64,000 nucleotides of DNA from Theionarchaea archaeon (GCA_018992685.1 JACVGT010000003.1:156585-220584), one strand, 5' to 3'. Counted from the stretch's first letter, positions 20,890 through 31,143 are shown. The notes: generated by a model not told the origin, from the sequence alone. Translations and numbers: made by a program.

Positions 20890-22173
20890 ATGGACTACAA
20901 GGTAATCCACGATTCTTTACACGGGTCCATTAAACTGGAAGGTATATTCCTCGAATTGATGGATGCACCTGAGCTGCAGAGGCTTCATCATATCCGCCAA
21001 CTGGGAATGGCATATCTCGTATTCCCTGGCGCAAACCATACCCGCTTCTCGCATTCCTTGGGCACATATTTCATAGCTTCACAGATTGCAGAAGAGCTGC
21101 AGTTGTCTGAGAATGATCAGAGAATAGTCGCTGTGGCAGCCCTCCTTCACGACATCGGTCACGGCCCCTTTTCGCATACACTGGAATACGCATTTCATTC
21201 TCTTCACAGAATCAACCACACAGATCAGACATCCAGGATCATAACAGGCGAGATAGATATTATCCCTCAGCGCCCTCACGTGGAAAGGCACACTATCGCC
21301 CAAATCCTGGAGGACTATGACACCCACCCGAAGGAAGTGAGTGAACTCATTCAGGGTATGAAGGTTCCATATGAATGGACGCTGACTCCCTGGCTGGAAG
21401 ATAATCCTCAAAAGGTCAGTCCTTTGACCCAGATTATTCATGGAGAAATAGATGCAGATCAGCTGGACTACCTGCTGCGGGACTCCTACTACACTGGTGT
21501 AGCCTACGGAGTAGTTGATCTCCCCTATCTCTTGCACACGCTTGAGTTGCATAATACTACCCTGTCCATCAACCCGAAGGGCGTGGAAGCTGCAGAAGCC
21601 CTGCTTGTAGCCAGGTCTCTGATGTTCAGTTCGGTGTACTATCATCATGCAGTACGCATTGCAGAAACTATGCTCACCAGAGCAGCAGAAGATACCCTTG
21701 GAGAGCACCCAGAAATAATGGCCATGTCGGACGGGGAATTCTTTGCATATTTGGAAAAAGGAACACCATACCAACGGGATTTGGCTGCCCGGTTAAGGTA
21801 CAGGAATCTTTTCAAGAGAGTGTACATGGTCTCTGCAGAAGAATCTGAATATCCATTACAGGATGTCATAGCAGAATTGTCAGATTCAGAATCTCGAAAA
21901 GAGAAAGAACACACTCTCTGCAGGAAGGCAGGCATCCCCCAGGGATTTGCCTTGATTGACATTCCAGAAAGAGATATCTCTCTTTCTGAGCCTCGCATGG
22001 CACGGCCCAGTATTCTGGTGTATGATGGAGAATTCAGACGGCTGTCAGAATACACCCCTACAGCAGCAGCGCTTCAGAAAAGGAAAGTCCCCTCCTGGAG
22101 CCTCATGGTATCCTCGCCCCCTGAGTATGTGAAAAAGGTGAGAAGGGTCTGTGACAAAGTCATTTTCAGTTGA
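20890..22173 (+). CDS. HD-domain phosphohydrolase (SAMHD1/dNTPase-like)
   Basis: IHDSLHG, QRLHHIRQLG, FPGANHTRFSHSLG, LLHDIGHGPFSH, DADQLDYLLRDSYYTG, VYYHH. Confidence 0.92.
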   Translation: MDYKVIHDSLHGSIKLEGIFLELMDAPELQRLHHIRQLGMAYLVFPGANHTRFSHSLGTYFIASQIAEELQLSENDQRIVAVAALLHDIGHGPFSHTLEYAFHSLHRINHTDQTSRIITGEIDIIPQRPHVERHTIAQILEDYDTHPKEVSELIQGMKVPYEWTLTPWLEDNPQKVSPLTQIIHGEIDADQLDYLLRDSYYTGVAYGVVDLPYLLHTLELHNTTLSINPKGVEAAEALLVARSLMFSSVYYHHAVRIAETMLTRAAEDTLGEHPEIMAMSDGEFFAYLEKGTPYQRDLAARLRYRNLFKRVYMVSAEESEYPLQDVIAELSDSESRKEKEHTLCRKAGIPQGFALIDIPERDISLSEPRMARPSILVYDGEFRRLSEYTPTAAALQKRKVPSWSLMVSSPPEYVKKVRRVCDKVIFS

Positions 22174-22197
22174 ATGAACCCTTTGTGGGTCCATTCT

Positions 22198-22267
22198 CCG
22201 CTGTGAACAGCGAGAGAGGAAAAAAAAGGAAAAAAAAGGAAAAAAACGCAGCACAGCCAAGTACTGC
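22198..22267 (-). terminator. Hairpin plus triple oligo-U tract (terminator-like on the minus strand)
   Basis: Minus strand GCAGTAC-ttggct-GTGCTGC (22248-22267) followed by (T7-8CC)x3 (22218-22246) and a second small hairpin. Confidence 0.45.
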
Positions 22268-22822
22268 AAACAACAAAATTGCTTTTGATTCTCCTTATTT
22301 AAACTTTTTGCTGGCCAACCTCTTCTTCTGCGGCGGTTGAGTGTTGCCTGCAGTGAAGAGACACCCTAGGGACGTTTTGTCGGGTGAAAGCCAGATAGAT
22401 GTTCTGACGTATAGATACGCGTACCTGAGAATCAGCGAGGAGTCATTTGGAGGACGCCCTCTGTGACAAGACACAGCCGATAGTATGAGATTGAGAACGA
22501 CACCCGTCCGCCGGATATCCACACTCTCCAAATGGCCCCTCTTGACAGAAGGCCACCAGTAGATCGACATGTAGAACATTTCTGCACACTATTTGCAAGA
22601 TTCACAATGTAATTATCATGAGCAAGTATCCTCTTTGAGAAGTTAAACCTCTTTTTTATATGAAGTTCAATGAAACAGCGTTTTGACTATTTCATTCATC
22701 CTATATTACCTCTACCGATTCACCAATTGGTGAGAGGGAATATAAAAGTTTGCTCCATGTGGGGAGCGGTAAGACCTTTAGAGAGATTTCTGACCACACG
22801 GTCAGGAAGATAAAGAGAATAG

Positions 22823-23356
22823 TGTACCCTTTTCTGGAACTACCTGGAAGACATAGTTTATGAGCCATCGAAAATAGCTATAGAATATCCAGAAGAACCT
22901 CCCGAAAAAGGAAGTTCACATTATGGATGGATGATATTCCCCTACGTTAGGTACAATTTGAGGACTGGTTACACACCCATCGTGAAGAAGTTACATATAG
23001 CTTTTGATTCTTTCTGCAAGGGAATTGACTATCTATTAAATATATCTACAGTATTATTACCTTATTACCCGTTAGGATTCAAGTTATACTCACAGCAGTT
23101 TCTCGTTTTCTGGTCGGACTACGAAGATTTACTATGCAAGTCTTTTAGTTTTCTACCGTGCCACACGTCAATTACCAAGGCAGATGATGCCATATTTGTA
23201 TATGTAAGTGTTGAGAAAGGGCTGCTTGAAAAAAGGTTACTTCAATTCTGTTTTAAGATGAGTGATATGGGATATATTGACCGCTTTTGGAGTTCAATCC
23301 CCATATATCACCGGATACCTGATGAGCATGGACTAACCAGGACTTCCACCACCTGA
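22823..23356 (+). pseudogene. Probable 5'-truncated remnant of a hypothetical protein with an HTH-like segment
   Basis: Frame is open from 22823 and reads as protein-like (YEPSKIAIEYPEEPPEKGSSHYGWMIFPYVRYNLRTGYTPIVKKLHIAFDSF...) well before the first ATG at 22931. No RBS. AT-rich. Confidence 0.45.
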
Positions 23357-23479
23357 ACCTCCATCTCCACATATACTACTATCTTGAATCCCCTTCAATA
23401 GTTCAAGTGGGATTATGTTCAATAGTTCAAGTGGGATTATGTTCAATGGTTCAAAGGGCCAATCCTTTAGAAAGTTCAT
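23333..23479 (-). CDS. Unannotated 48-aa peptide with Cys/Gly-rich C-terminal tail
   Basis: MNFLKDWPFEPLNIIPLELLNIIPLELLKGIQDSSICGDGGSGGGSPG*. GAGGTGA RBS at 23486-23492. TTTTTAAT box at 23513-23520. Confidence 0.7.
   Translation of the reverse strand: MNFLKDWPFEPLNIIPLELLNIIPLELLKGIQDSSICGDGGSGGGSPG
23394..23454. repeat. 24-bp tandem repeat (2.5 copies), in frame within the small peptide gene
   Basis: TTCAATAGTTCAAGTGGGATTATG at 23394-23417 and 23418-23441, then a partial TTCAATGGTTCAA. Confidence 0.9.
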
Positions 23480-23751
23480 ACATCTTCACCTCACTGCTAC
23501 TTTACAGAACTGATTAAAAATATTTGGGTAATAATTGCGTAAAAAACTGGAAGTTAAATGTGCATATTTATTCCACTGTAATTGACTAAAGCAATCTATG
23601 AGACATCCTGGTTCAAAGCTATTGTTGTATGGATAGCGTACATCATAGTGATTGTGATTGTTTTGGTGATCCTGGCAGTCCTTGGAATTGTAGCAGGGCT
23701 GGTTTTTCTGTAAGTGCCCATATCCTTTCTCTTTTCATCTACTTCCTCTCA

Positions 23752-24444
23752 TTACACTGGCTGTTCTTCCAGTACGAAATTCATGAGTTTCATCTCAGCT
23801 TTACGCAAGTGCTCCCACGCTGTGCTGGTGCTGATCCCCATGTCAACAGCTATGGTCTTGATATCAGTTTTCCGGGGAAATGAATAGTATCCGTGTTCAA
23901 AAGCAGCATGGATTATCTTCCGCTGCATTTCTGTGAGGTGAACGTCACCTGAAAGCGGCCAGGACCACTTCAGGAAGGACATTTTTCTGGCGTGATCATT
24001 GCGCACAATTTTCTTTATCTTGTATTCCAGGTTCGCCTTGGTGAGGAGATCGAAGTACTCCTGCAGTGATACGTCTTTGTACACAATCCCCGAGATCACT
24101 TCCTTTTCCTCCTGGACTATGATTGGATAATCAAGGATAAATCCCATTTTGTTGGTCTCTCTGATGACGGAATTTGCCTCAGGTCCAATGATGTACCTCA
24201 ACTTGGTAATGTTTTCTGCACTGACGACATCAATGATGGTGACGTCGTCTGGAACATGAGAAATGCACTGCTGGACCTCATGATTGTGTTCAGCCTTTGA
24301 GAATTTCACTGATAATTCAATGTACACACTCCCATCTTTGAATACGTCTGCTCGATCTATGAGACATGTCTTGACATGATCCAACCTGGAGACTCTGTTG
24401 CACAATCCTCCTGTGTGGTATATGTTTAGACGAGCATAATACAT
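23752..24444 (-). CDS. Bacterio-opsin activator (HTH_10) family transcriptional regulator
   Basis: C-terminal LTEMQRKIIHAAFEHGYYSFPRKTDIKTIAVDMGISTSTAWEHLRKAEMKL. Confidence 0.92.
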   Translation of the reverse strand: MYYARLNIYHTGGLCNRVSRLDHVKTCLIDRADVFKDGSVYIELSVKFSKAEHNHEVQQCISHVPDDVTIIDVVSAENITKLRYIIGPEANSVIRETNKMGFILDYPIIVQEEKEVISGIVYKDVSLQEYFDLLTKANLEYKIKKIVRNDHARKMSFLKWSWPLSGDVHLTEMQRKIIHAAFEHGYYSFPRKTDIKTIAVDMGISTSTAWEHLRKAEMKLMNFVLEEQPV

Positions 24445-24803
24445 TACGTCTACTTTTTCTTCCTTGTTTTTAAGGGTTTCCCGGATTCAATGTTAATTTG
24501 AGAAACCGGAGCTATTTTTAGTTGGTAGAAATAAAGGAGATTCTTTATTTCGAAAGAATCCCAAAAAATAAAAGAAGTATCTTTTACCTTATATTACAAG
24601 AACTCTGTTCATTGCTGGGTAAAACTACTATCAAGAACCGTGAGACTTTTCCTTTCAGGAGTATCATTATTTTCATGAAGTATTCTGGTGCATAGTCCAG
24701 CCTCTTTCGTCACGTCTTCGTGTGATTTTGCCTGCAAATCCACTAAGAATGAGTCAGATGGATTATTCAGGCAGCTTTCGTTCTGAAATGGACAGTCAAG
24801 GAA

Positions 24804-26069
24804 CTACCAGGCCATGTTATAGTGGGTTTTCATCAGTTCCACGAATTTGTCCCACTCTCCTCCCACAGGATCAGGTAGAGAAAAGTGAGTCTCAATAACA
24901 TCCGGGTCTTTCAATCCTCCACCTGTGATTACGCTTACTACAGTGTCTTGGGCATCTATATGTCCCGAGTCATGCAGAGTTTTGGCCGCAGCAATCGCAG
25001 CAGCAGAAGTTGTGCTGGCATAAATACCCTCGTGAGTCGCCAGGGAGAAGACGGCTTCCAGAATGTCACCATCTTCTACCGTAAGGGCCACACCCCCTGA
25101 GTCTTTTACAGCTCTGTAAGCCTGGTAACCCACCTGTGGCACCAGAATGTGCTTGGCAATGGTGGGGGCAGTTTCAACTCTCTGGATGCATTCTGCACCG
25201 CTGGTGAGGGTCTTGGTAAGAGATCCCCCAGCAGATGACTCAACAGCCACCATCTGGGGAAGTGCGTCAATGAACCCTGTGGTATAGAGATCCTGGAACC
25301 CTCTCCACACGGCAAACAGCCCAAATCCCATTCCAGTGGGAACGATCACATAGTCTGGAACATTCCATGAAAGCTGTTCGCAGATTTCAAATGCCACAGT
25401 TTTTCTCCCTTCTTCACTGTAAGGATCTCCTGTGGGTGATCTGGTGTAGCTGCTGACGGGATGTGCATGCAATGTGTCCACGCATGTTTTCATGAGGACA
25501 TACCTGTCTTCGTATTTCTTCAGGTAGACCACCTTTCCACCATACGAGAGGGTCTGCAAGATGGCCTGCATGGATTCGTCCTGGTTTTCAAAACTGATTA
25601 CCTGGAGACCGGAGACAGCCCCGTACGCTGCCGCTGCAGCAGCAGTATTTCCCCCTCCCGCGATGAGATGGCGGGATCCGAACTTCCTTGCCACGGTAGC
25701 TCCCACAGCAGCCGATCTGTCCTTGAACGTGTGGGTGGGATTCCTTGATTCATCTTTAGCACACAAATGATGGAGTCCAAGGGCTGGGCCCAGTTTCCTG
25801 CAGGGCAGAAGGGGGGTTCCTCCCTCTCCCAGAGTAAGACTCGATTCAGGGTCAACAGGAAGGAATTCCTGCCACTTCCATACTCCCTGCACGCACCTTT
25901 TCTTCAACACTTTCCTAGATACAGTCTCTTTTATCTTCTCGTAATCATAGTCGACAACGACGTTTGATTGAAACCGATCCGTCTTGCAGCGTGGGCACCC
26001 CTCGAACATCCGCTCCAGTGGGTACTGAGCTCCACAATGCAAGCATTTCAGCATACGCTCATACATCAT
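24804..26069 (-). CDS. Threonine-synthase-like PLP enzyme (fold type II), paralog 1
   Basis: N-terminal CLHC...CPRC, TLGEGGTPL, KDESRNPTHTFKDR, VPTGMG, ITGGGLKD. Atypical GGGN in place of SSGN. Start ATG 26069/26066. Confidence 0.82.
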   Translation of the reverse strand: MMYERMLKCLHCGAQYPLERMFEGCPRCKTDRFQSNVVVDYDYEKIKETVSRKVLKKRCVQGVWKWQEFLPVDPESSLTLGEGGTPLLPCRKLGPALGLHHLCAKDESRNPTHTFKDRSAAVGATVARKFGSRHLIAGGGNTAAAAAAYGAVSGLQVISFENQDESMQAILQTLSYGGKVVYLKKYEDRYVLMKTCVDTLHAHPVSSYTRSPTGDPYSEEGRKTVAFEICEQLSWNVPDYVIVPTGMGFGLFAVWRGFQDLYTTGFIDALPQMVAVESSAGGSLTKTLTSGAECIQRVETAPTIAKHILVPQVGYQAYRAVKDSGGVALTVEDGDILEAVFSLATHEGIYASTTSAAAIAAAKTLHDSGHIDAQDTVVSVITGGGLKDPDVIETHFSLPDPVGGEWDKFVELMKTHYNMAW

Positions 26070-27135
26070 TCTTCCTCCTTGAAACCATGTCCACGATCTC
26101 CTCAGGAGCCATTCCGCTGAGTCCCAAGCGCTCACATGTCACTCCCCTTTCCCAGTAGTCAGTACCGTCAACCACTGACCAAGCCCCAACCAACATTCTG
26201 GCACCAGGAGCTGGAATCTTGAGCATATCACACAGGGAGACGAGTGGAACAAGGCCATAGATTAATTCTTCCCGGACATAGCTCAAAGGATCTGGTAACA
26301 CGTACTCACGGACGGCCTCCCAGTTCTTGATTGTCTGATAGGTCGTCTCTCCCTTCACTGCGTAATAGTCCTGAATCATTGTGGCTGCACTCTTGAGATC
26401 CAGCCCCAGAGTATGGCACAGGGCCAGCCGTTCTGAATCCGCAGCGTCCACAGCCCTTGCAACTCTGGGGGATATTCCCTCCGAATAGAACCAGAAGGTT
26501 TCAGAGTCCTCTTCTACACGGTTCATGTTGAAAAGAGCAATTGGCACGTGGATCACGGGGTTATAATTTTCAAGGCTGGTTTCCAGAACACTTCGCCCCG
26601 GAACGAGTTGCGGCACATAGGCATGGAGCTTCTCATACACAGAATTCAGTCTATCTGGAGGGTAGGTTGCCATTCTCACAGTACTCTTTTCTCCGGAAAT
26701 ACGGACGTGACCTGGTTCCACCACTCTGCAGGCCAGTGGCAACAGGGTCGTTTCTGCTATTGTGACGTCAGTTCGATCAGATTCTCTTAAGAGATGCTGG
26801 AGTCTCAGGGCGGCCCAGTATCCAGTGAACACGACAATGACTGCATGCTCCTGAAGATAGGGGAGACTCTGTTCTACCAATGACTCGTGCCCTCCAGCTC
26901 GTGCAGTGACCAGTACATAGGGAACATTGGAAACGACAGTTTCAAGATCACACGACGCTGCCTGTATTGCAGCCTCTCCTTCCAGGATTCCTGATACCTT
27001 CAGTCTGCGAGAGCCGGCAAGGGAGGCAATCCTTTCTGGGGTTCTGTTGTAGAGAAAAAGATCGTGGCCTTTGAGGGCTAGATAGCCAGCAATCCCCTGC
27101 CCGGCACTGCCAGCTCCCAGGACTGCAAATTTCAC
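26059..27135 (-). CDS. NAD/NADP-dependent opine (octopine/nopaline) dehydrogenase family protein
   Basis: AVLGAGSAGQG Rossmann motif, ETTLLPLACR, LETSLENYNPVIH, FYSEGI, YVREELIYGLVP, G.DYW. GTG start 27135 follows GGAGG. Confidence 0.88.
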   Translation of the reverse strand: MKFAVLGAGSAGQGIAGYLALKGHDLFLYNRTPERIASLAGSRRLKVSGILEGEAAIQAASCDLETVVSNVPYVLVTARAGGHESLVEQSLPYLQEHAVIVVFTGYWAALRLQHLLRESDRTDVTIAETTLLPLACRVVEPGHVRISGEKSTVRMATYPPDRLNSVYEKLHAYVPQLVPGRSVLETSLENYNPVIHVPIALFNMNRVEEDSETFWFYSEGISPRVARAVDAADSERLALCHTLGLDLKSAATMIQDYYAVKGETTYQTIKNWEAVREYVLPDPLSYVREELIYGLVPLVSLCDMLKIPAPGARMLVGAWSVVDGTDYWERGVTCERLGLSGMAPEEIVDMVSRRKNDV

Positions 27136-27241
27136 ATAGATTCCTCCTGCAGCCAACATGAGTGGCAATCTTCACTCAGTTGGGATTACCCCTTGTGGCG
27201 GAATCTTAAATTATTATTGCCTGAATACTTCGGCAAAGTTC

Positions 27242-27256
27242 TTATAAACAATTGTT
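27242..27256 (+). promoter_or_regulatory. TATA box with overlapping palindrome in the divergent intergenic region
   Basis: TTATAAA at 27242-27248 immediately followed by perfect palindrome AACAATTGTT at 27247-27256. Confidence 0.45.
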
Positions 27257-27314
27257 CACAAATAATGAGCTAGGATTGGCAGGATTCGCATTCTGTTAAT
27301 CGAGAGGTGATTCT

Positions 27315-28442
27315 ATGTCAGATTGTTCAGTTATTGGGATGAATAAAGACGATCTGGACACACCGTGTCTCCTGGTAGATTTGGATGTTGTTGAAAAGAA
27401 CATTAAGACAATGGCTGACTACTATAGAAAGAAGGAAGGTGCAGCCCTGCGTCCCCATCAAAAAGGACACAGACTTCCTATAATAGGAAAGAAACAGGTT
27501 GAAGCGGGAGCCAAAGGAGTTTCTATGACCTCTCTGGGTCTTGCAGAGTATTATGCACAGTGTGGATTCTCAGATATCCTGGTGACCAATGAGGTGGCAG
27601 GGTATAACAAGATGAGACGGGTAGCAACTCTCTCCAAACAGGCAGATGTCACTGTGGGCGTAGATAGTATCGAAAATGCGATGAAGCTGGGAGATGTGGC
27701 ACGCGAGATGGACACAGTGATACAGGTAGGTGTAGAACTCTACATGGGAACGGGCACGTGTGGAGTAGACATGAAAGATGCAGGGTCTCTGATAAAGAAG
27801 ATCACCACGGTAGGTGGAGTCATGTTCAGGGGTGTCTGGTGGCACCAGGGTTCTCTGGCTGATATTATTAACTGGGAGGAAAGAAAACAGGCCCATTTCA
27901 AGACTCTGGATAGGGTGGCCATGCTGAAGTCAGAGCTTGAGAAAGAGGATATTTCTCTTGAGATTATCAGTGGAGGATTTACGTGTACCTGGGACATCAC
28001 CCCTGAGTACGGTGGACTGGAGAATGTTGAGGTTCAGGCCGGAAGCTATGTATTCAGTGACTGGTGTTCCCACGAAAGCGAAGGGCTCGATGTATTTGAC
28101 TATGCATTGACTGTCCTGACCAGATGCATCAGTCGGCCCCAGCCAGATGAGATATGCTTCGATGCAGGCATGAATGCGTGTTCTGATGAACACACTGACA
28201 GCTATTTGAATGTCGTGGGGTTCAAGATCAAAGGCATGGAAGGGATAAAGAGGGTAAAACAGCGTGAAGAATTGTCCATGGTGAAGGTTGAAAAGCCTCC
28301 ATCAGATATTCGTATAGGAGATACCGTGGAGTTGATACCTCCTCATTCTGATACCACGGCCAAGCTTCATGACAGGTATTACGGAGTACGCAAAGGGAGA
28401 GTAGAAGCTGTTTTTCCTAACTACGGAAGGGGACTTCTCTAG
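27315..28442 (+). CDS. D-threonine aldolase / DSD1-like PLP enzyme (alanine racemase fold III)
   Basis: DLDTPCLLVDLD, LRPHQKGH, EVQAGSYVFSD, ALTVLTRCISRP, DAG, IPPHSDTT. Confidence 0.87.
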   Translation: MSDCSVIGMNKDDLDTPCLLVDLDVVEKNIKTMADYYRKKEGAALRPHQKGHRLPIIGKKQVEAGAKGVSMTSLGLAEYYAQCGFSDILVTNEVAGYNKMRRVATLSKQADVTVGVDSIENAMKLGDVAREMDTVIQVGVELYMGTGTCGVDMKDAGSLIKKITTVGGVMFRGVWWHQGSLADIINWEERKQAHFKTLDRVAMLKSELEKEDISLEIISGGFTCTWDITPEYGGLENVEVQAGSYVFSDWCSHESEGLDVFDYALTVLTRCISRPQPDEICFDAGMNACSDEHTDSYLNVVGFKIKGMEGIKRVKQREELSMVKVEKPPSDIRIGDTVELIPPHSDTTAKLHDRYYGVRKGRVEAVFPNYGRGLL

Positions 28443-28462
28443 GGTAATGTGAGGAGTGTGTC

Positions 28463-30145
28463 ATGAAGATCACGACTGTAGAAAAAGCGTATGACATTGT
28501 GGTAGTGGGGGGAGGAGGTGCAGGCGCTCAGGCGGCCCTTTCTGCTTCTGCTACTGCCAGTGACCTGAAGATAGCACTTGTTGACAAGGGCATCCTAGGG
28601 AGATCGGGGTGCACGATTTTAGGCAGTTTTTCCTGCAATGCAGCTCTCGGTTCCGGGGGATCTGGAGATAGCCCTCGGGCACATTTTCTGGACACGATCA
28701 AGGAAGGACGATACATCAATGACCAATCGCTGGTGAGAGTGTATACTGAAAAGGCACCAGAACGTGTTGTGGCCCTGCACAGAGAAGGTCCCGTTTTTGA
28801 AGAGGAGGATGGGGAACTGAAGCAGGATATGGTACCTGGACACTCGTTTCCCCGGGCAGTCTTCAACAATCTGCATACAGGGAAGAGTATGATTGTGGCT
28901 CTGATGAAACAGGTGAAGAGAGCCCCTATAGATGTATATGATGAATGCATGATCTTTGACGTGGTGTGTGAGGGCAATGAAATCCGAGGAGTAGTTGCAT
29001 ACGACCTCGCAGGCAGGATCATAGTCTTTTCATGCAAGGCAGTGATCATTGCAGCTGGAGGATGTGGGCAGCTCTACCCTCACAGTACTACCAGCAGGGG
29101 AGCAACAGGAGATGGACTCGTCTTGGCCTACAAAGCGGGAGCAGAGCTTCAGGACCTGGAATTCATCCAGTTTTTTCCCACAGCTCAATGTTATCCTCGG
29201 CTGTTGAAATTAAACCCCACCATACCTTCTATGCTGCGCTACAAGGGGGGGTGTAGATTGTACAATGCAGAAGGCCATGAATTCATGAAGGAAAAGAATC
29301 CCCAGTGGCGGTTTAGCGTAACCCGAGACGAGCTGTCCAAAGCTATCTATACGGAAATCAAGGAGGGAAGAGGAACTCCTCATGGCGGGGTGTACATGGA
29401 TGTCCTCCATCTGACAGAACAGGAAATCACTGATATATTCTCATTTGCCAACCTTTTTGATGACCTGTTGAAGACAGGCATAGACTTGCGAAAGGATCGA
29501 ATTGAGACGACTGTTGCAGCTCATTTTTCCATGGGCGGCATTCGGGTTGATGAGACCTTCGCTACATGTGTTGGCGGGCTGTTTGCTGCAGGGGAAGCTG
29601 CTGCAGGGATACACGGGGCAAACAGGCTGCCGGGAAATGCGTTGTCAGAGATTCTGGTGACAGGGCACGAAGCAGGAAGGAGAGCTGCAGAATACGCACG
29701 CAAGACGGAATTCCACGAGATCGAGGGAACAGAGAGTGTCAGGAAGATTGAGGGCACCATGGAGAGAACAGGTGACAGTACCCCCATAGCCATGAAGAAG
29801 GAGATACAGAGGACACTGTGGGAACACGCAGGAGTAGTCAGGAACGAGAAAGGACTCATGAATGGCATAGCAACACTTGAGAGAATAAGAGAAGATATGT
29901 CAAGAGTTGAGATATCCACTGAGACGTTGGTGTGGAATAAAGAACTGGTAGACTTCCTTGAAATGGAGTTCATGGTGGAAATGGGTCTGCTGTTGACCAG
30001 AGCAGCACTATTCAGGACAGAATCGAGGGGATCCCACTTCAGAGAGGATTACCCTGAGAGTGATTCATCCTGGATAGTAAATGTCGTGCTGCGCAACGGA
30101 ACCTGTAGAAGGGAACCCGTGATGATGGAGGAATCAGATGACTGA
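28463..30145 (+). CDS. SdhA/FrdA/NadB-family FAD oxidoreductase of uncertain substrate
   Basis: VVGGGGAG, TGDG...A, EFIQFFPT, RDELSKAI, HFSMGG, HGANRLPGNAL, RTESRGSHFREDYP. Confidence 0.88.
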   Translation: MKITTVEKAYDIVVVGGGGAGAQAALSASATASDLKIALVDKGILGRSGCTILGSFSCNAALGSGGSGDSPRAHFLDTIKEGRYINDQSLVRVYTEKAPERVVALHREGPVFEEEDGELKQDMVPGHSFPRAVFNNLHTGKSMIVALMKQVKRAPIDVYDECMIFDVVCEGNEIRGVVAYDLAGRIIVFSCKAVIIAAGGCGQLYPHSTTSRGATGDGLVLAYKAGAELQDLEFIQFFPTAQCYPRLLKLNPTIPSMLRYKGGCRLYNAEGHEFMKEKNPQWRFSVTRDELSKAIYTEIKEGRGTPHGGVYMDVLHLTEQEITDIFSFANLFDDLLKTGIDLRKDRIETTVAAHFSMGGIRVDETFATCVGGLFAAGEAAAGIHGANRLPGNALSEILVTGHEAGRRAAEYARKTEFHEIEGTESVRKIEGTMERTGDSTPIAMKKEIQRTLWEHAGVVRNEKGLMNGIATLERIREDMSRVEISTETLVWNKELVDFLEMEFMVEMGLLLTRAALFRTESRGSHFREDYPESDSSWIVNVVLRNGTCRREPVMMEESDD

Positions 30146-30452
30146 AACTGCAATAGTCACCATTTTTAGATTTAATCCAGAAAGAGACGATTGTCCCAGA
30201 ATGGAGGAATTCGAAATACCATTTGACCCGAAAAAGACTGTTCTGGAGGTTCTGCAATACATTTACGAAGAAAAGGATGGATCACTGGCCTTCAGAGAGT
30301 CCTGCAGGTCTGGGTTCTGCAGCACGTGCGGGGTCACTGTTGATGGGAACCGCTGCCTGGCGTGCACAACCTACATGAAAAGAAAAATGACGATAGAACC
30401 TCTTGCACATCACAGAGTACTGAGAGACCTTGTAGTCGAGATGAAGAAGTGA
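30138..30452 (+). CDS. Stand-alone 2Fe-2S protein (SdhB/FrdB N-terminal domain only)
   Basis: IFRFNPE, SLAFRESCRSGFCSTCGV...LAC, IEPL...VLRDLVV. Lacks the 4Fe-4S/3Fe-4S domain. Confidence 0.88.
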   Translation: MTETAIVTIFRFNPERDDCPRMEEFEIPFDPKKTVLEVLQYIYEEKDGSLAFRESCRSGFCSTCGVTVDGNRCLACTTYMKRKMTIEPLAHHRVLRDLVVEMKK

Positions 30453-30563
30453 ACAATTCTCTCTCTGTAATTTTTCCTGAAGACGCACTCTCTCGGGGGT
30501 TGTTCTCTTTGTTTGAGGAAATCTTTTTAAGGAAGGCCAGCAAAATGACATGAGGTGCAAAAA

Positions 30564-30905
30564 ATGGCAGATTGGACAGCCCTAGGAACCGGGCTTATCA
30601 TAAACGTGATCCTAGGGACAATTGTACTGCACTTGGCGGCACGATTTGGGAAGGTTGACGACGCGACCATAGTGAAAGCATTTATGGCTGCATTGATCGT
30701 TGCAATATTGGGGCTGGTTCTTGGCTACGTCTACTATCTGGGCGGAATCATTGCGTTCATCCTGGCAATAGTAGTCATCAAATATGTGTACGCCACCAGC
30801 TGGGGAAAGGCAGTCATTACGTGGATACTGTACATCATCCTGATGATCGTCCTCCTCATCATTGTTGGATTGATCCTTGGGGTGTCTTACCTTGCACTTG
30901 GGTGA
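30564..30905 (+). CDS. Small integral membrane protein (about 4 TM)
   Basis: Almost entirely hydrophobic. GAGGTG RBS. T-rich terminator follows. Confidence 0.75.
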   Translation: MADWTALGTGLIINVILGTIVLHLAARFGKVDDATIVKAFMAALIVAILGLVLGYVYYLGGIIAFILAIVVIKYVYATSWGKAVITWILYIILMIVLLIIVGLILGVSYLALG

Positions 30906-31143
30906 CCTGTTTCTTTCTTTTCCTTTTTTCTTTTCGGTTTTTTCTTTCGTCTCTTTGAGTGGTACGCTGCAGAGGGTCGTTCACCTGAAAAGCACCCGAA
31001 TTCGGTACCATCGACATTTTTGTCCCACGGCATGACAAAAGAAAGATATTTACATGCCATACTGAGTCTCTATGATCACTTAAAAGAATTCAGACTGAAG
31101 TGTGTGGGAAAACTCTTAAGAACCGTTCTTTCAATATCAATGT

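Noticed and set aside
22295-22579. 94-aa minus-strand ORF in the track
   Set aside because: Atypical composition, no RBS or motif. Treated as spurious.
23394-23454. 24-bp direct repeats as a possible mini-CRISPR
   Set aside because: Copies are directly adjacent with no spacers and no cas genes. Explained as an in-frame duplication in the small peptide gene.
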